Of a DNA stretch of 62,014 nucleotides, positions 24,083 through 35,850 are shown piece after piece. The position numbers were made by a program, and so were the translations under genes. This stretch comes from Macrostomum lignano. Lineage: Eukaryota. Within the stretch, counting starts at the first letter, position 1, and every line of letters begins with the position of its first letter. The stretch is taken from positions 1-62,014 of the forward strand of contig NIVC01004064.1 in assembly GCA_002269645.1 (NCBI GenBank). Direction: 5' to 3'. The notes beneath the pieces were generated by a model. That model was not told the origin of the DNA. It was given only the letters and a program-made list of their open reading frames with translations, and made no database searches.

Positions 24083-25072
24083 ATGAGTTTTTACGTTTTT
24101 TTGCCGTCAAACGATATCAGTTACGAAACCAACTCGCCTAATGAATTTCGAGTGCGACTAACTGAACCAATAAATTTATTGAACGGATTCTTCGAGGTTG
24201 CACTAGTTGAATTACTGTGCCATGGAGCAATTACGACGCCAAATGCTCATCGTGAGCGTCGATTTGAAGTTCCATATTTTGCGGACATTGACTCAATAAT
24301 ACGATTAAAGAAAAACTATTGGGGTCGTGTTTGGGCAGAGGCAGACTTGGATGCTTACGTTTCCTGGCAACCGTCTGGTACAGATGAAAAATTTGCCTGG
24401 CTTTTACGAAATTCAGGCGAAAAAACTATTGGATTAGAACTACCAGTTACATTTATGGACGCTTTCAAATTTGACTCTTGGAAGAAACTTTCTGGACTTG
24501 TCTCGGAAAAATTATCAAAACCTGCCGCTGGTAGTGTACAACCACCGGATGGTTCATACTTGGATTTGATAAAAAGTCTCGACAATACTCTAGCGCTAGT
24601 ACCTGAGAACTATTATGTTTTTTATTGTGTTCTATCGCCTGGTGAAGCTATACGACTTGTTTCGCATGGAGACTATCTTCGAAAAACGGAAGGAGAAGTG
24701 TACATCAAAGTACACCAATATTGGTTGAGAAATCGTGTTTGGCGCATTAACAAAACCTACTTGGATGCTGTGCTACCTTCTCCGATGCCTAGTAAAACGG
24801 TTTACATGTACTGTTACACAGATATAATCGAGTATCAAGCAGTGGGAAGTACATCAGTACCGTTGCTTCGAGTTGTGGAACTCCAACAAAAGAAAAACGG
24901 AGAACTTATACGCGATAGCAGTGCATTGCAAACACCCTACTACTTGAAAACAAATCGACAACAAATTCACGAGATTTCGATTCGACTATCGGACCAGCGC
25001 GGAAAACCGTTTAATTTTGATCCGGGAGCACACGTTGTTGTCGTACTGCATTTTAAACATAGGTCGGACTAA
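24083..25072 (+). CDS. Minor capsid protein (penton)
   Basis: N-terminal FYVFLPSN...FRVRL...FEVALVEL and C-terminal YCYTDIIEYQAVG...PLLRVV...ISIRLSDQRGKPFNF...VVLHFK, the Polinton penton pattern. Confidence 0.85.
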   Translation: MSFYVFLPSNDISYETNSPNEFRVRLTEPINLLNGFFEVALVELLCHGAITTPNAHRERRFEVPYFADIDSIIRLKKNYWGRVWAEADLDAYVSWQPSGTDEKFAWLLRNSGEKTIGLELPVTFMDAFKFDSWKKLSGLVSEKLSKPAAGSVQPPDGSYLDLIKSLDNTLALVPENYYVFYCVLSPGEAIRLVSHGDYLRKTEGEVYIKVHQYWLRNRVWRINKTYLDAVLPSPMPSKTVYMYCYTDIIEYQAVGSTSVPLLRVVELQQKKNGELIRDSSALQTPYYLKTNRQQIHEISIRLSDQRGKPFNFDPGAHVVVVLHFKHRSD

Positions 25073-25128
25073 TTTATAAGCAAAGATTAATTGTGTAATA
25101 GAAAATTTTGTGAATTTGTTTTGTAAGA

Positions 25129-25557
25129 ATGAGCGAACTAACAGAAAAAGGAAAACAAAATGCTCGCTCATTGTGTCAGTGTGCTTTTTTACTACAAATT
25201 GTTTATCGGCTAAAGCATCCAAAGCAGAGAAAAAGTTTTTTACAAACACTTTCAGAGTCGGAGATACGATGTCTAGTAGACTTTCTGTTTAATATTATTA
25301 GTGGACGTATTAAAATTAGTAACTGTAACAAAAGACGACTTGAGAAGCATCGCAGATATATACGCCAGCTTTTGGAACAGAAGACTCCAATTACTGCAAA
25401 AAGGAAAATACTTGTCCAACACGGAGGATTTTTACCTTTTTTGGCTCCAATTATTGCCGCTCTACCTGCTATAAGCACTGCGCTTGGGATAACGTCTGGA
25501 GTAGTTGGTACCGCCGCGGGAGCAGCGAATTTAATACGATCAATTCAACGAAAGTAG
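25129..25557 (+). CDS. Virion core/membrane-active protein, adenovirus pX-like C-terminus
   Basis: VQHGG|FLPFLAPIIAALPAI resembles adenovirus pX MRGG|ILPLLIPLIAAAIGA; basic helical N-terminal domain. Confidence 0.7.
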   Translation: MSELTEKGKQNARSLCQCAFLLQIVYRLKHPKQRKSFLQTLSESEIRCLVDFLFNIISGRIKISNCNKRRLEKHRRYIRQLLEQKTPITAKRKILVQHGGFLPFLAPIIAALPAISTALGITSGVVGTAAGAANLIRSIQRK

Positions 25558-25567
25558 TAGGAATATA

Positions 25568-26257
25568 ATGCGAACTAACGAGAGTAGTAGTTTTCAACGA
25601 ATGTATCTAGTACCTGAATCTGTGTATCAATCTGCATGTCAAGGTGCAGAGCAAGGATCGTCACCAACTGCTGAGACACCTCGAAAAACTGAAGTTTTAG
25701 ACGCACCGCAAGATGCTCTGGCAAAAAATATGGTGGAAATGAGAGACCAAATGGATAACTTGGACAAGGAAATGGAAAAGGAGCCAAATTACACAGCTCA
25801 ATTGAAACGAAGCAGATTGGAAGACAAACTTTTAAAATTGCGCAAAGTCTATCGCACTGGAGACGAGGACAATCTGTCACTTGTTCGCAAAGGGACTACT
25901 GTAAGAAGTTCATATGCCAGCGAATCAAGGGAAATTCCTAAAGTTTTTTTACCACGTTTCGAAGCTCTCGCTCAAAACCTATTTTCGGACATGGACAAGA
26001 ATGCAGAACCAATGCTGGCTAATTTGACTGATGCCGAGATACAAGATCTCATGGAATATGTTGTTCGAGACAGACCGCTTAAGCGACACGAGACTCAACC
26101 GCCTAGTGGACTAAAAACATTTTTAGACTTTCTTCGAAAACGTGGAATCGCAGCAAACCAAATCGGGCGTCATGTACGAAACGAGCTAATGTCTGCTCCA
26201 AAAACTGTTGCAAAGGAGGATCTTAGTCTGTTTGAAAATTATCAAACACTGAATTAA
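25568..26257 (+). CDS. Polinton hypothetical protein (229 aa)
   Basis: Intact ORF packed tightly in the late block; N-terminal RMYLVP motif. Confidence 0.75.
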   Translation: MRTNESSSFQRMYLVPESVYQSACQGAEQGSSPTAETPRKTEVLDAPQDALAKNMVEMRDQMDNLDKEMEKEPNYTAQLKRSRLEDKLLKLRKVYRTGDEDNLSLVRKGTTVRSSYASESREIPKVFLPRFEALAQNLFSDMDKNAEPMLANLTDAEIQDLMEYVVRDRPLKRHETQPPSGLKTFLDFLRKRGIAANQIGRHVRNELMSAPKTVAKEDLSLFENYQTLN

Positions 26258-26538
26258 GTTGTTTTAAAATTACAGATTACGTTTTAACAAAATTGATTCG
26301 AGCACTATAAGCTTTTTAAAAAGGTTAATTTTTTGTTTATGAAAAATATATAGTTTAATAAGACAAACCATGTCATCTATCTTCCAAAAACTTTTGATTC
26401 GTCTCTGTGAGTTTTTTTGCATAAAATCTGAATGTGTGCCGTTTCTGGGAAAGGAGCACAACGAGGATACTGACGGAGATTCGATCGAGGCTTCGTTCTT
26501 TTGTTGCAACTGTCAAACGACTAGCATCAATCTAACTG

Positions 26539-27699
26539 ATGATGAAGCGAGTGCGTAAGGAAATTGAAGAATTTTTGACGGATGCTTTTTTTAACTTGAA
26601 CAGGCCTACTTCATTTAGTGGTAACAAGACTATACTTGTTCGTGAAGTACGTAAAAAGTTTCCACAGATTACGAACAAAGTTGCAAAGCGCGAAGTTGAT
26701 AATTGGGTGCGATCAACAAATGAGCATCATTTATTTCGAAAAACACGACGAAACTTTCCAACTCCAAAAATTAGTGTGCCACCAGTTGCAAAGTTTCAGT
26801 TTCAAATCGATTTGGCAGATTTACCTCAATACAAGACGGAAAATCGAGGTTATCGTTACATACTTGTTCTTATCGACTGTTTTACTAGAGTTGTACGACT
26901 AAGACCATTGCGTACAAAGAAGCCTTCAGAAGTTAGTCAAGTATTACTAGAGATTTTTCGAAGTGGTTTTAAGCCTGTTTATTTACAAGGTGATGCTGGT
27001 ATGGAGTTTCTCGGAAGAGCTACACGTCAAATGCTGAAACAGGAAGGAGTTCGATTTTTTGTTAGCCAAAGCAATTACAAGGCAAGCATGGCTGAACGAT
27101 TTATCCGCTCGTTAAAGGAACGTCTATTACGATACTTTCGAGCAAAAAATTTACCTCGATGGTTTGACATTTTACCGCAATTGGAAGATAATTTCAACTC
27201 TAGTCCTCATCGATCCTTGAGTGGAGAAACACCAAAACGGGTAGAGACAGACCCGCATTTACAAGGAATTTTGTGGGACAAAATGTTTGCGAAGTCGTAC
27301 ACTAAAAAGAATGAGAATAAATTTAAAGTTGGTGATTGGGTTAGAATTACACGACGTCGAGGAACATTTGAAAAAGGATACACTACGACTTGGAGTAATT
27401 CAAAATATCGCATTCATCGTGTACACTTGACAGACCCGCCAATGTACGAATTAGTGGACCCTGAAGATGGATTTGAAGTGCTGAAAGGAAGGTTTAACCA
27501 AGCGGAACTAATGTTGGTAAACGAGACAGATGAAACACCTAATGAAATTGAAAAAGTTATTGAAACTGATCGAGCGAAAAATGGAAGTCGTCTGTATCTA
27601 GTAAAATGGAAAGGTATGCCAATCTCAAGAAGTCAGTGGTTAAACGAAAATGATCTTGACGCAAAGACTGCTAAACTATTTTCTAAAGTGTATAAGTAA
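26539..27699 (+). CDS. Retroviral-like (rve) integrase with C-terminal chromodomain
   Basis: DDE triad in QIDLAD, QGDAGMEF, AERF; FKVGDWVRI...FEKGY; chromodomain EIEKVI...YLVKWKG...SQWL. Confidence 0.97.
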   Translation: MMKRVRKEIEEFLTDAFFNLNRPTSFSGNKTILVREVRKKFPQITNKVAKREVDNWVRSTNEHHLFRKTRRNFPTPKISVPPVAKFQFQIDLADLPQYKTENRGYRYILVLIDCFTRVVRLRPLRTKKPSEVSQVLLEIFRSGFKPVYLQGDAGMEFLGRATRQMLKQEGVRFFVSQSNYKASMAERFIRSLKERLLRYFRAKNLPRWFDILPQLEDNFNSSPHRSLSGETPKRVETDPHLQGILWDKMFAKSYTKKNENKFKVGDWVRITRRRGTFEKGYTTTWSNSKYRIHRVHLTDPPMYELVDPEDGFEVLKGRFNQAELMLVNETDETPNEIEKVIETDRAKNGSRLYLVKWKGMPISRSQWLNENDLDAKTAKLFSKVYK

Positions 27700-27740
27700 C
27701 ACATGAATTGGGATTGCATGACGAAGAGAAGACTGTTGAA

Positions 27741-28199
27741 ATGGATCCTATTTTTGCTTTTTATTCTGGTCCGAATAGATCTGCTGAAGGTGGAGGTGGA
27801 TATGGCATTCCTGTTTACGAAGGTTACGGTTTTTTGTCAAATTTGGCGGACAGATTGGTGTATCCTGTACTACGCAACGCAAAGAAAGATTTCTTGGATC
27901 GTGGTCTGGAGTATTTGAAAAGTGCGACAGCAAAAATTGGTATGGGTCGGAAGCGTCACTTGGACACAGAATCGAGCGAAGAGATGTTTAATACAACTGC
28001 AGTTTCGAGACCAAAGCGAAGGAAAAGAACCAGTGGAGTGGCTATAAGCTTAGGAAAGAAGAAACGGCAAAAGAAACGACGAACAAGACAGTGTGGAAAG
28101 GGACGCGTGAACAAAAGAAAACGCAAGAAGACCGGTGGTATAGGAAAACGTCGAACTGCTACTGCAAGCAAGAAACTTTTTAGTCTGTTTGAAAAGTAG
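27741..28199 (+). CDS. pVII-like basic core protein
   Basis: MDPIFAFY start, GYG|FL processing-like site, very K/R-rich C-terminus; lies immediately before the MCP. Confidence 0.7.
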   Translation: MDPIFAFYSGPNRSAEGGGGYGIPVYEGYGFLSNLADRLVYPVLRNAKKDFLDRGLEYLKSATAKIGMGRKRHLDTESSEEMFNTTAVSRPKRRKRTSGVAISLGKKKRQKKRRTRQCGKGRVNKRKRKKTGGIGKRRTATASKKLFSLFEK

Positions 28200-28200
28200 C

Positions 28201-29523
28201 ATGAACCATTTGCTTGGACCTGATATTGCTGCTCTTAAAAGTGAATTGTCGCTATTTGATCAAAGTCCTGTTCAGTTTAGTGTTTTGGATAATCGATATA
28301 CTAACATTCAACCGCAACATGGTATTACAAAAGGATCACCTATCGAATTTGAAGTTGTGCCTGCAGGCGATTTGTATTTGGATCTACAAGAAACTGTGCT
28401 CACGGTATGCTTCAGCGTTAGTGATAGTGAAGGTGAACCTATAGATGCAACGAAAAATTTTGTTTGTTTGAATAATTTGGTTATTGGAACATTGTTTGAG
28501 GACGTTCAATTTACTATTGGCGATACTGTAGTTGAAGGTGGTAGTTTTATGTATCCATACAAGGCTATGCTTCTTACATTACTGGAATATGGACATACAG
28601 CTCAGAAGGCTGGTTTACTGCCGTGGGGGTTTTACAAGGATACAGCTGGTAAAATGAATGCAACAAGTGAAAACGATGGACGAACAAAGAGGCAGGCGCT
28701 CATTGCTAACAATAGGCGGTGCACTGTATCGGGGCCGTTATTCTTGGATTTGTTTCGTCAGCCTCGGTATCTACTATCAAAGACACCACTACGGATCAAG
28801 CTCATACCGGCAAAAAGTAAATTTGTCCTGAGCGGGTCAACATTAGAAGCTGGTGCGGTTTTAAAAGACTATGAGATCAAGTTTTTGCGTGCAGAACTAC
28901 GATTGCGGTTTGTTCAACCCTCGCCGAGTGTTATCAGTGCACATGCTCATGGACTTAAAAGTCACAATGCATTATATCCGCACCGAAGTCTAAGCCTTGG
29001 TACGTTTACTATACCCCGAGGATCGTCTAGCCATACGCATGAAAATTTGTTTCCTAGTGGGGTACCACGGCTTTTATTGATGGCAATCGTAAGCAACAAG
29101 GCATTCAATGGAAGCATGGACACAAATCCGTTCAACTTTGAGCATGCAAATGTGAGCAGCATTGGTGTGTTTGTGAATGGAGACTCGGTACCATCGCGTC
29201 CGCTGCAGACAAACTTTGGAGATGATTGTGTGACAGAGTATAATTTTTTGCTACAACAGCTTGGAATCTATCTACAGGGACGAGATATTGGATTTAATAT
29301 GCTGGATTACGCCAATGGTTACTCAATTTTTGCATTCAGTCTTGGAAGTGAACCTGGTGTCGGACGGGGAGTGCAACTGTATAAGGAAGGAAATGTAAAA
29401 CTAGAGTTACGCTTCAATGCTGCAACTAGTACCGTGTACAACGTCATATTTGGAGGTATATTTGACAAGCAACTGCAACTGACTGAACTTCGCGACATTG
29501 TTCCTGGCACAGTATGGAAGTAA
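28201..29523 (+). CDS. Major capsid protein (double jelly-roll, hexon-like)
   Basis: KSELSLFD..P.Q, PIEFEV...LYLDLQET, NPFNFEH, GNVKLELRF motifs of the Polinton MCP; 440 aa. Confidence 0.93.
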   Translation: MNHLLGPDIAALKSELSLFDQSPVQFSVLDNRYTNIQPQHGITKGSPIEFEVVPAGDLYLDLQETVLTVCFSVSDSEGEPIDATKNFVCLNNLVIGTLFEDVQFTIGDTVVEGGSFMYPYKAMLLTLLEYGHTAQKAGLLPWGFYKDTAGKMNATSENDGRTKRQALIANNRRCTVSGPLFLDLFRQPRYLLSKTPLRIKLIPAKSKFVLSGSTLEAGAVLKDYEIKFLRAELRLRFVQPSPSVISAHAHGLKSHNALYPHRSLSLGTFTIPRGSSSHTHENLFPSGVPRLLLMAIVSNKAFNGSMDTNPFNFEHANVSSIGVFVNGDSVPSRPLQTNFGDDCVTEYNFLLQQLGIYLQGRDIGFNMLDYANGYSIFAFSLGSEPGVGRGVQLYKEGNVKLELRFNAATSTVYNVIFGGIFDKQLQLTELRDIVPGTVWK

Positions 29524-30077
29524 TTGATTCTATCCTAGATCGTGGTGTAACAGATCGCTTCCTTCGCAATGTTGTATCGAAATTGTGCGCACATTTTTTA
29601 AATGTTGTATTTCTTGGTGTTTTTCCTCAAAACTTTGTTGGTGGACTTAGACGCTTACCTTTAGACGGTAAAGACTATTTTTTTATCGTTAATACTGACG
29701 TCTCCAACCTGCCCGGAAAACATTGGGTATGCGTTTGGGTTTATGGTCATCGAGCAGGTCGCGGTAGCAAACGACTTGGTGAATATTTTGATTCTCTTGG
29801 TCTAGTACCATTGCCAAGAATAGCAAAATGGCTAGGAAAAGAATGTGGAAATTCGAAAAATTGGTGTTATAGTCGCTTTGCTATCCAAGACCCACAGAGT
29901 GGAAGTTGTGGATTTTGGGTAATTTTTTATATTTTTCATAAGTTGACTACCAGAGGAAACCTAGAGTGTTTTATTCGAAGCGTTTTTAAACGGAATATAA
30001 TTCGCACTGGTTCGTTTCGATACTTGTATGCTAAATTACGCAATTTTGTTTTACGAGTGCTGCCTCAATATTTGTAA
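29514..30077 (+). CDS. Adenain-family cysteine protease
   Basis: IVNTD...GKHWV, EYFDSLG, IQDPQSGSCG: catalytic H, D, Q and C all present. Overlaps the MCP end by 10 nt. Confidence 0.95.
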   Translation: MEVIDSILDRGVTDRFLRNVVSKLCAHFLNVVFLGVFPQNFVGGLRRLPLDGKDYFFIVNTDVSNLPGKHWVCVWVYGHRAGRGSKRLGEYFDSLGLVPLPRIAKWLGKECGNSKNWCYSRFAIQDPQSGSCGFWVIFYIFHKLTTRGNLECFIRSVFKRNIIRTGSFRYLYAKLRNFVLRVLPQYL

Positions 30078-30311
30078 ACTCGCTAATTTGTGCGTCAAAT
30101 TGTGTTTGTATCTAGTTGAAATATACAATACTGCTTGAAAAGAAGAATTTAAATGCGTTAAGTTATACGCGAAATAAGCTTTGTGTCAAATTGAATTTTG
30201 GTTGGGCTTGTAATTAGCTGCATTCATTGCGGATAGAATTTAGGTGGATAGACAGGTGTTTGCGTAAAAGTGATTCAGCTAATTGGTTAATTCATTGCGT
30301 AAAAGCTAGTT

Positions 30312-30414
30312 TGCGTGCACGGCAAATTTCAGACTCTGCCATTTTTTGGGCCTGTACTTACTATGTATTTCGCCATAAGGAAATCGGCTTTGTGTCAAAA
30401 AAACGTATACTACT
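30312..30414 (-). repeat. Right terminal inverted repeat of the Polinton
   Basis: Ends ...AAACGTATACTACT; reverse complement of the left TIR. Confidence 0.95.
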
Positions 30415-30882
30415 CCTGCTCTAAGGTCTACATGTAAGCGATGGCTAATGAGGGGAGATCGGAAGCTAATTAATTCGCAAACTGCTTCCATTCAGTCCTA
30501 CCAACAATGGCGCACTTCTGGGACTGCAACTGACCGTGCATCTATCGAAAAGTATTTTCTATATCTTAGCAAGTTGGAAATTATATGTATTTTTCAGCTC
30601 TAATGCAGAGGATAAAATATGCAAGTGAACCCCTGAATTCTTCTGCTGACGAGGGGCAAATTCAGCCTCACAGAGGCCATAAAACTTATCCACACTGTCC
30701 TGCTGCCTTTAGTTGTAAGCAATATTAGCGTGTCTAATAAAAGACAAAAGACAAAATAATGACAAGCCATTAGTTGAAGCTTTGATCATAAATTCCTTCA
30801 ATTATTGAAGCTTATTAAAGTATTTATCTTGCCATCACCCTTAGTGAGTTAGTTACTAAAATCCAAGGTTCACAATGTCGAT

Positions 30883-33800
30883 TCACTTCACTTCGAAGAC
30901 GCTATAGTTGGAGTTCCCGCCGCACTTCTCGTTCGCGTTGCCGCCGCAAGCCACGTTGCAGTTGGCCTTCGCGGTTTCGTCGCTGTTTCCGTACTCATTG
31001 CCGCAGCCACAGATTTTGCCGTTCTTGACGCCAAAGTAGGAAAACTTCTTGGCCTTGCAGATTTTATTGCACTTCCACACGGTCATGCGGTCGGACACCA
31101 TGGCGACGGTGAAGTCCGGATACTCCGGGTCGTCCAGGTAACAGCCGAGGAATTCTTTAGTAGGGTGATATCAGATACAATAAGGCATTGGATTACTCCA
31201 CAGTATAATGATATGTACTAGACTCAAAAGATTCAGTTCTTCGGCTTGAAACTCATAACGGTAAACACATTGGAAAAACAAACTAACATCAACTTTGCAC
31301 AGATTATAAATTCTTAGTTGTTTGTTTAAAGCTCGTGTGGAACAGAATTCTAGAACTTAACAGCTCAGATTTAGCATATTAGATTTCGTTTTTTAATGAA
31401 TCGATGTAATTGTCTTACTCCTCGAAGGTCGTCTTCGAGCTGGCAGTCCAGTGGTGTAGATGCTGTTTCTCCAGCGCGATCCGCAGAAGGTCGACTTTTT
31501 ACCTGAGCACTTCATCCTGCACTCGGACTTGGACCTCTTTCCGTACTTGCCGTAGCTGTTTCCGCACCAGCACTCCTTGCTGTACTGCACACCGAAGTAG
31601 GCGTATCTCTTTGCTCTGCACAGTCGGTAGCACTTCGGGATGCTCATCGAGCCGGAGCCGGCCATCACTGGTAGGTCTCGCTTTTTCTTGTCGATGTAGC
31701 AGCCGACGAATCGCATTCCCGGAGCTGTGTTTTTAACAGGTGCGTAATTCTTTATAATCTAATTTAAGAAACAAAATGTAAAAAGCATCTCCCTGATGTT
31801 CATCTATGCGAATGTCTTTAAACTGAGTTCTGATAAATAATATCATACATTTCTAACTGAATTATTACTCCTAAAACCAATTTTGAATTGCAAGGAGAAG
31901 GTTCTAAATTTTCCAACAACTGCACTTGAGCCGTGACGCGAAAAAGCTCACGTCACGAATGCTGATACAACTGAGTATCTAGTCTCCACAGTCTGAAATA
32001 TTTGCTATCAGCTCTGCTATAGGCAAGTTATTTGGCTTGTTATGTAGTCTGCGCATCACCCCATAATGACTTAAGCGCTATCGAAAAAGCTTTTAGTCAA
32101 TATAGAAACAACAATTCCACTTAGTAAACTGTCTTTTTCGCTGCATAAATTGAACAACTGCATGCTGGACATTGGAAATACCTGATTCGTTATAATATTA
32201 TGCCTGCATATGGACGTTTTTATCCCTATATTACTCTCTCGAGATCTTCTGGTACGGCATGCATTCAAATCTGCAGGTTTATTTATAATTCTCTTTGACC
32301 AGATTTGGTACCCTTCCCAACAGTATTCAATGCTAGTTCCGAACTAAATTCAAGACTGAATTCAGTTTTTTTTAAATGGATAAGTGTAATTGTCTTACTC
32401 CTCGAGGGTCCTCTTCGAGCTGGCAGTCCAGTGGTGTAGATGCTGTTTCTCCAGCGCGATCCGCAGAAGGTGGACTTTTTACCAGAGCACTTCATCCTGC
32501 ACTCGGACTTGGATCTCTTTCCGTACTTGCCGTAGCTGTTTCCGCACCAGCACTCCTTGCTGTACTGCACACCGAAGTAGGCGTATTTCTTTGCTCTGCA
32601 CAGTCGGTAGCACTTCGGGATGCTCATCGAGCCGGAGCCGGCCATCACTGGTAGGTCACGCTTTTTCTTGTCGATGTAGCAGCCGACGAATCGCATTCCC
32701 GGAGCTGTGTTTTTAACAAGTGTGCAATTTTATAATATCTAATACAACCGTTATTATTTAAATTAACGGCTAATAAATACTTAGCAATGTACACGTCTTT
32801 TAACTGACTTTAGATAAAAGCATATTAGACATTTCATAATCAATTACTTGCCAAAATCTTTTTCAGCCATTTTAAATAGCATATCCATTTGCTATTAGCC
32901 ATTTAGCTGGGGAGATTGCTAATAGCTATTTTGAATAGCGTGAATTGCAGCACATATGAATAACCGATATAAATTTAAGGCATTGCAACTCTACAGCAGG
33001 TCTCACCTTTAGCCTTGGCCAAAAGACCAGTTGTGAAAATTTTGTTTCTCCAGACTCCACCGCAGTAAGTGGTCTTGTCGCCGCTGCACTGCATGCGACA
33101 CTCGGTGTTTGGTCTGATTCCGAATCGGCCATAGTGATTGCCGCAGAAGCAATGGTTGCCATATTGAACACCGAAGAACTTGTACTTGTGCTTTCGACAG
33201 AACCTGTAGCACTTGGGCACGCTCATGTGGCCTCTTGGAGCTTCGCGTCTCAGATCTCTGGTGGCTTTGTCGGCGAAGCAGCCGAGGTACTTCAGTCCCG
33301 GAGCTGTTAAAAACAACGATATTAATTGAAAGGGCATGTCAACTTGAGCTCATAAAGTGAAGCCCGAGTAACCTATGTACACAAATGATACGTCATTCTG
33401 CTCACAGTGACACCAGGAAGCTGGATTTGTCAAAAAAAGTGACGAAAATGGACCTGGGATAGGAGAGAACAAGCAAAATGAGAATAAATTACTATTATGT
33501 AAACTTAAGCTCATAAGGTGGAGTCCCTAATTTTCCCCTTGCTTGTTCTATCCAATCCCAGGTCCAATTTTTGTCACTGACAAATCCAGCTTCCTGGTGT
33601 CACTGTGAGTAGAATGACGTATCATTTTTGTACATAGGTTACTCGGGCTCCACTTTATGAGCTTAAGTTGACACTTGACAGGCCCTTTATCTTAAAGACT
33701 ATTCAAATTAACAATGCAAAAGTTCATTATGTTAGTTTTGTATAAGAGAAGACTTACTTGACACTTTTCTAGTCTTGAGTCCGGTGCTGTAGATGGAGTT

Positions 33801-34991
33801 CCTCCATCGCCCGCCGCACTTCTCTCGCCTGTCGCCTTTGCACGTCATTTTACATTGCTTGTTGCTGACTCGACCCAGAGAGCCGTAGCTATTGCCGCAG
33901 GTGCAGTAACTGGCGTATTGCAAACCGGCGTACTTGTAGCCAGCACGCTTGCACAGCTTGATGCAGTAGTGGCTGTTGGCCTTCACTCCAGCGTTCACCA
34001 CCTTGGGCAGGTCGCGGGCTGCGTTGTCAATGAAGCAGCCAAGATAAGCCGAGCCTGTGGACAAAAATCATAATCGATGTCGTAAATTACAGCTCATTTG
34101 AATAATCAAAATAAAATCATAGGCATTGCAACACTAAAGAATCTTACCTTTTACCCTGGTCGAAAGACCAGTTGTGAAAATTTAGTTTCTCCAGACTCCA
34201 CCGCAGTAAGTGGTCTTGTCGCCGCTGCACTGCATTCTGCATTCGGTGTTCGGTCTGATTCCGAATCGGCCATAGTGATTGCCGCAGAAGCAATGGTTGC
34301 CATTTTGCACACCAAAGAACTTGTACTTGTGCTTTCGGCAAAACCTGTAGCACTTGGGCACACTCATGTGGCCTTTTGGAGCTTCGCGTCTCAGATCTCT
34401 GGTGGCTTTGTCGACGTAGCAGCCGACGTACTTCAGTCCCGGAGCTAAACATTTTTGAAATAAAAAAGTCGATCGAATTTATTTAGCCGTAAAATATCTT
34501 GAAAAATGTTTTTTCAGCTTTTTTTCCTGAATCACGTACTCGAAGCTTTTCGCGTTGGGAGTCCGGTGCTGTAGATGGAGTTCCTCCACGGTCCGCCGCA
34601 CTTCTCTCGCCTGTTACCTTTGCACGTCATTTTACATTGCTTGTTGCTGACTCGACCCAGAGAGCCGTAGCTATTGCCGCAGGTGCAGTAACTGGCGTAT
34701 TGCAAACCGGCGTACTTGTAGCCAGCACGCTTGCACAGCTTGATGCAGTAGTGGCTGTTGGCCTTCACTCCAGCGTTCACCACCTTGGGTAGGTCGCGGG
34801 TTTCGTTGTCGGCGAAGCAGCCAAGATAAGCCGAGCCTGTGGACAAAAATCATAGTTGCTGTCGTAAATTGCAGCTTGTTTCAATAATCGATCTCTGTAA
34901 GGCTAGTCAGTGCTAGCGGTGGTCGCTTACCTTGAGACGACAGCACATGCAGAAGGCACGTAACCAGCAATAACCATCCTTTGCATGCCAT
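30883..34991 (-). CDS. Secreted protein with seven WSC domains, one per exon
   Basis: Signal exon 34991-34931 (MACKGWLLLVTCLLHVLSSQ). WSC exons near 34836-34540, 34445-34150, 34055-33755, 33305-33000, 32705-32400, 31730-31420 and 31155-30883, each with YxGC..D...C...C....YxYxGxQ...CxCG...C...CxG...CGG pattern. No TM seen. Confidence 0.9.
33331..33686. mobile_element. Fold-back MITE (~140 bp inverted arms) in a WSC-gene intron
   Basis: AGGGCATGTCAACTTGAGCTCATAAAGTG...CAAGC is mirrored by GCTTG...CACTTTATGAGCTTAAGTTGACA(CTTGACA)GGCCCT. GGGC termini are Harbinger-like; no clean TSD. Confidence 0.8.
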
Positions 34992-35089
34992 TTTAGTTCG
35001 AGGTTGACGCTAGTCCAATTTTAGGTAATTTTCTGGCCGAGCTTGAATTAAATTGAAGAGCGAAGATTTGGCCTAAAAGCGGGCAACTT

Positions 35090-35096
35090 ATTTATA
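35090..35096 (-). promoter_or_regulatory. Candidate TATA box of the WSC gene
   Basis: TATAAAT on the minus strand about 100 nt upstream of the ATG. Confidence 0.35.
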
Positions 35097-35364
35097 GAGT
35101 AAGCTCGTATTCCAGGCACGTGGACGTAAATCTCATTATAGTGTGTAGACAGCCAGCAATTAGCCAGCCTTTGCACGTCATTTTATTTTCACTGTTGTTG
35201 CCAATCGAACTAATTTTTCCGCTCTCGTGCTTTTGTCACTGACGCAGTCTACGGCGTGCCAGGAATTATTAGCTAGAATAACATGTAGCTCATCAGAAAT
35301 TTTCGATACAGCAGAAATTATTTTAATCGGTCAATTTTCAAAGAAAAAAAGAACGAGAGAAGAG

Positions 35365-35847
<483 letters not shown>

Positions 35848-35850
<3 letters not shown>

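Larger units (their letters stand above)
15445..30414 (+). mobile_element. Polinton/Maverick (adintovirus-like endogenous virus), 14970 bp, non-autonomous for PolB
   Basis: TIRs plus a co-oriented set of hallmark genes: integrase, major capsid, penton, A32-like ATPase, adenain protease, PolB remnants. Confidence 0.96.

Noticed and set aside
30636-30680. CTGACGA followed by a hairpin (hammerhead-like)
   Set aside because: No GAAA after stem II.
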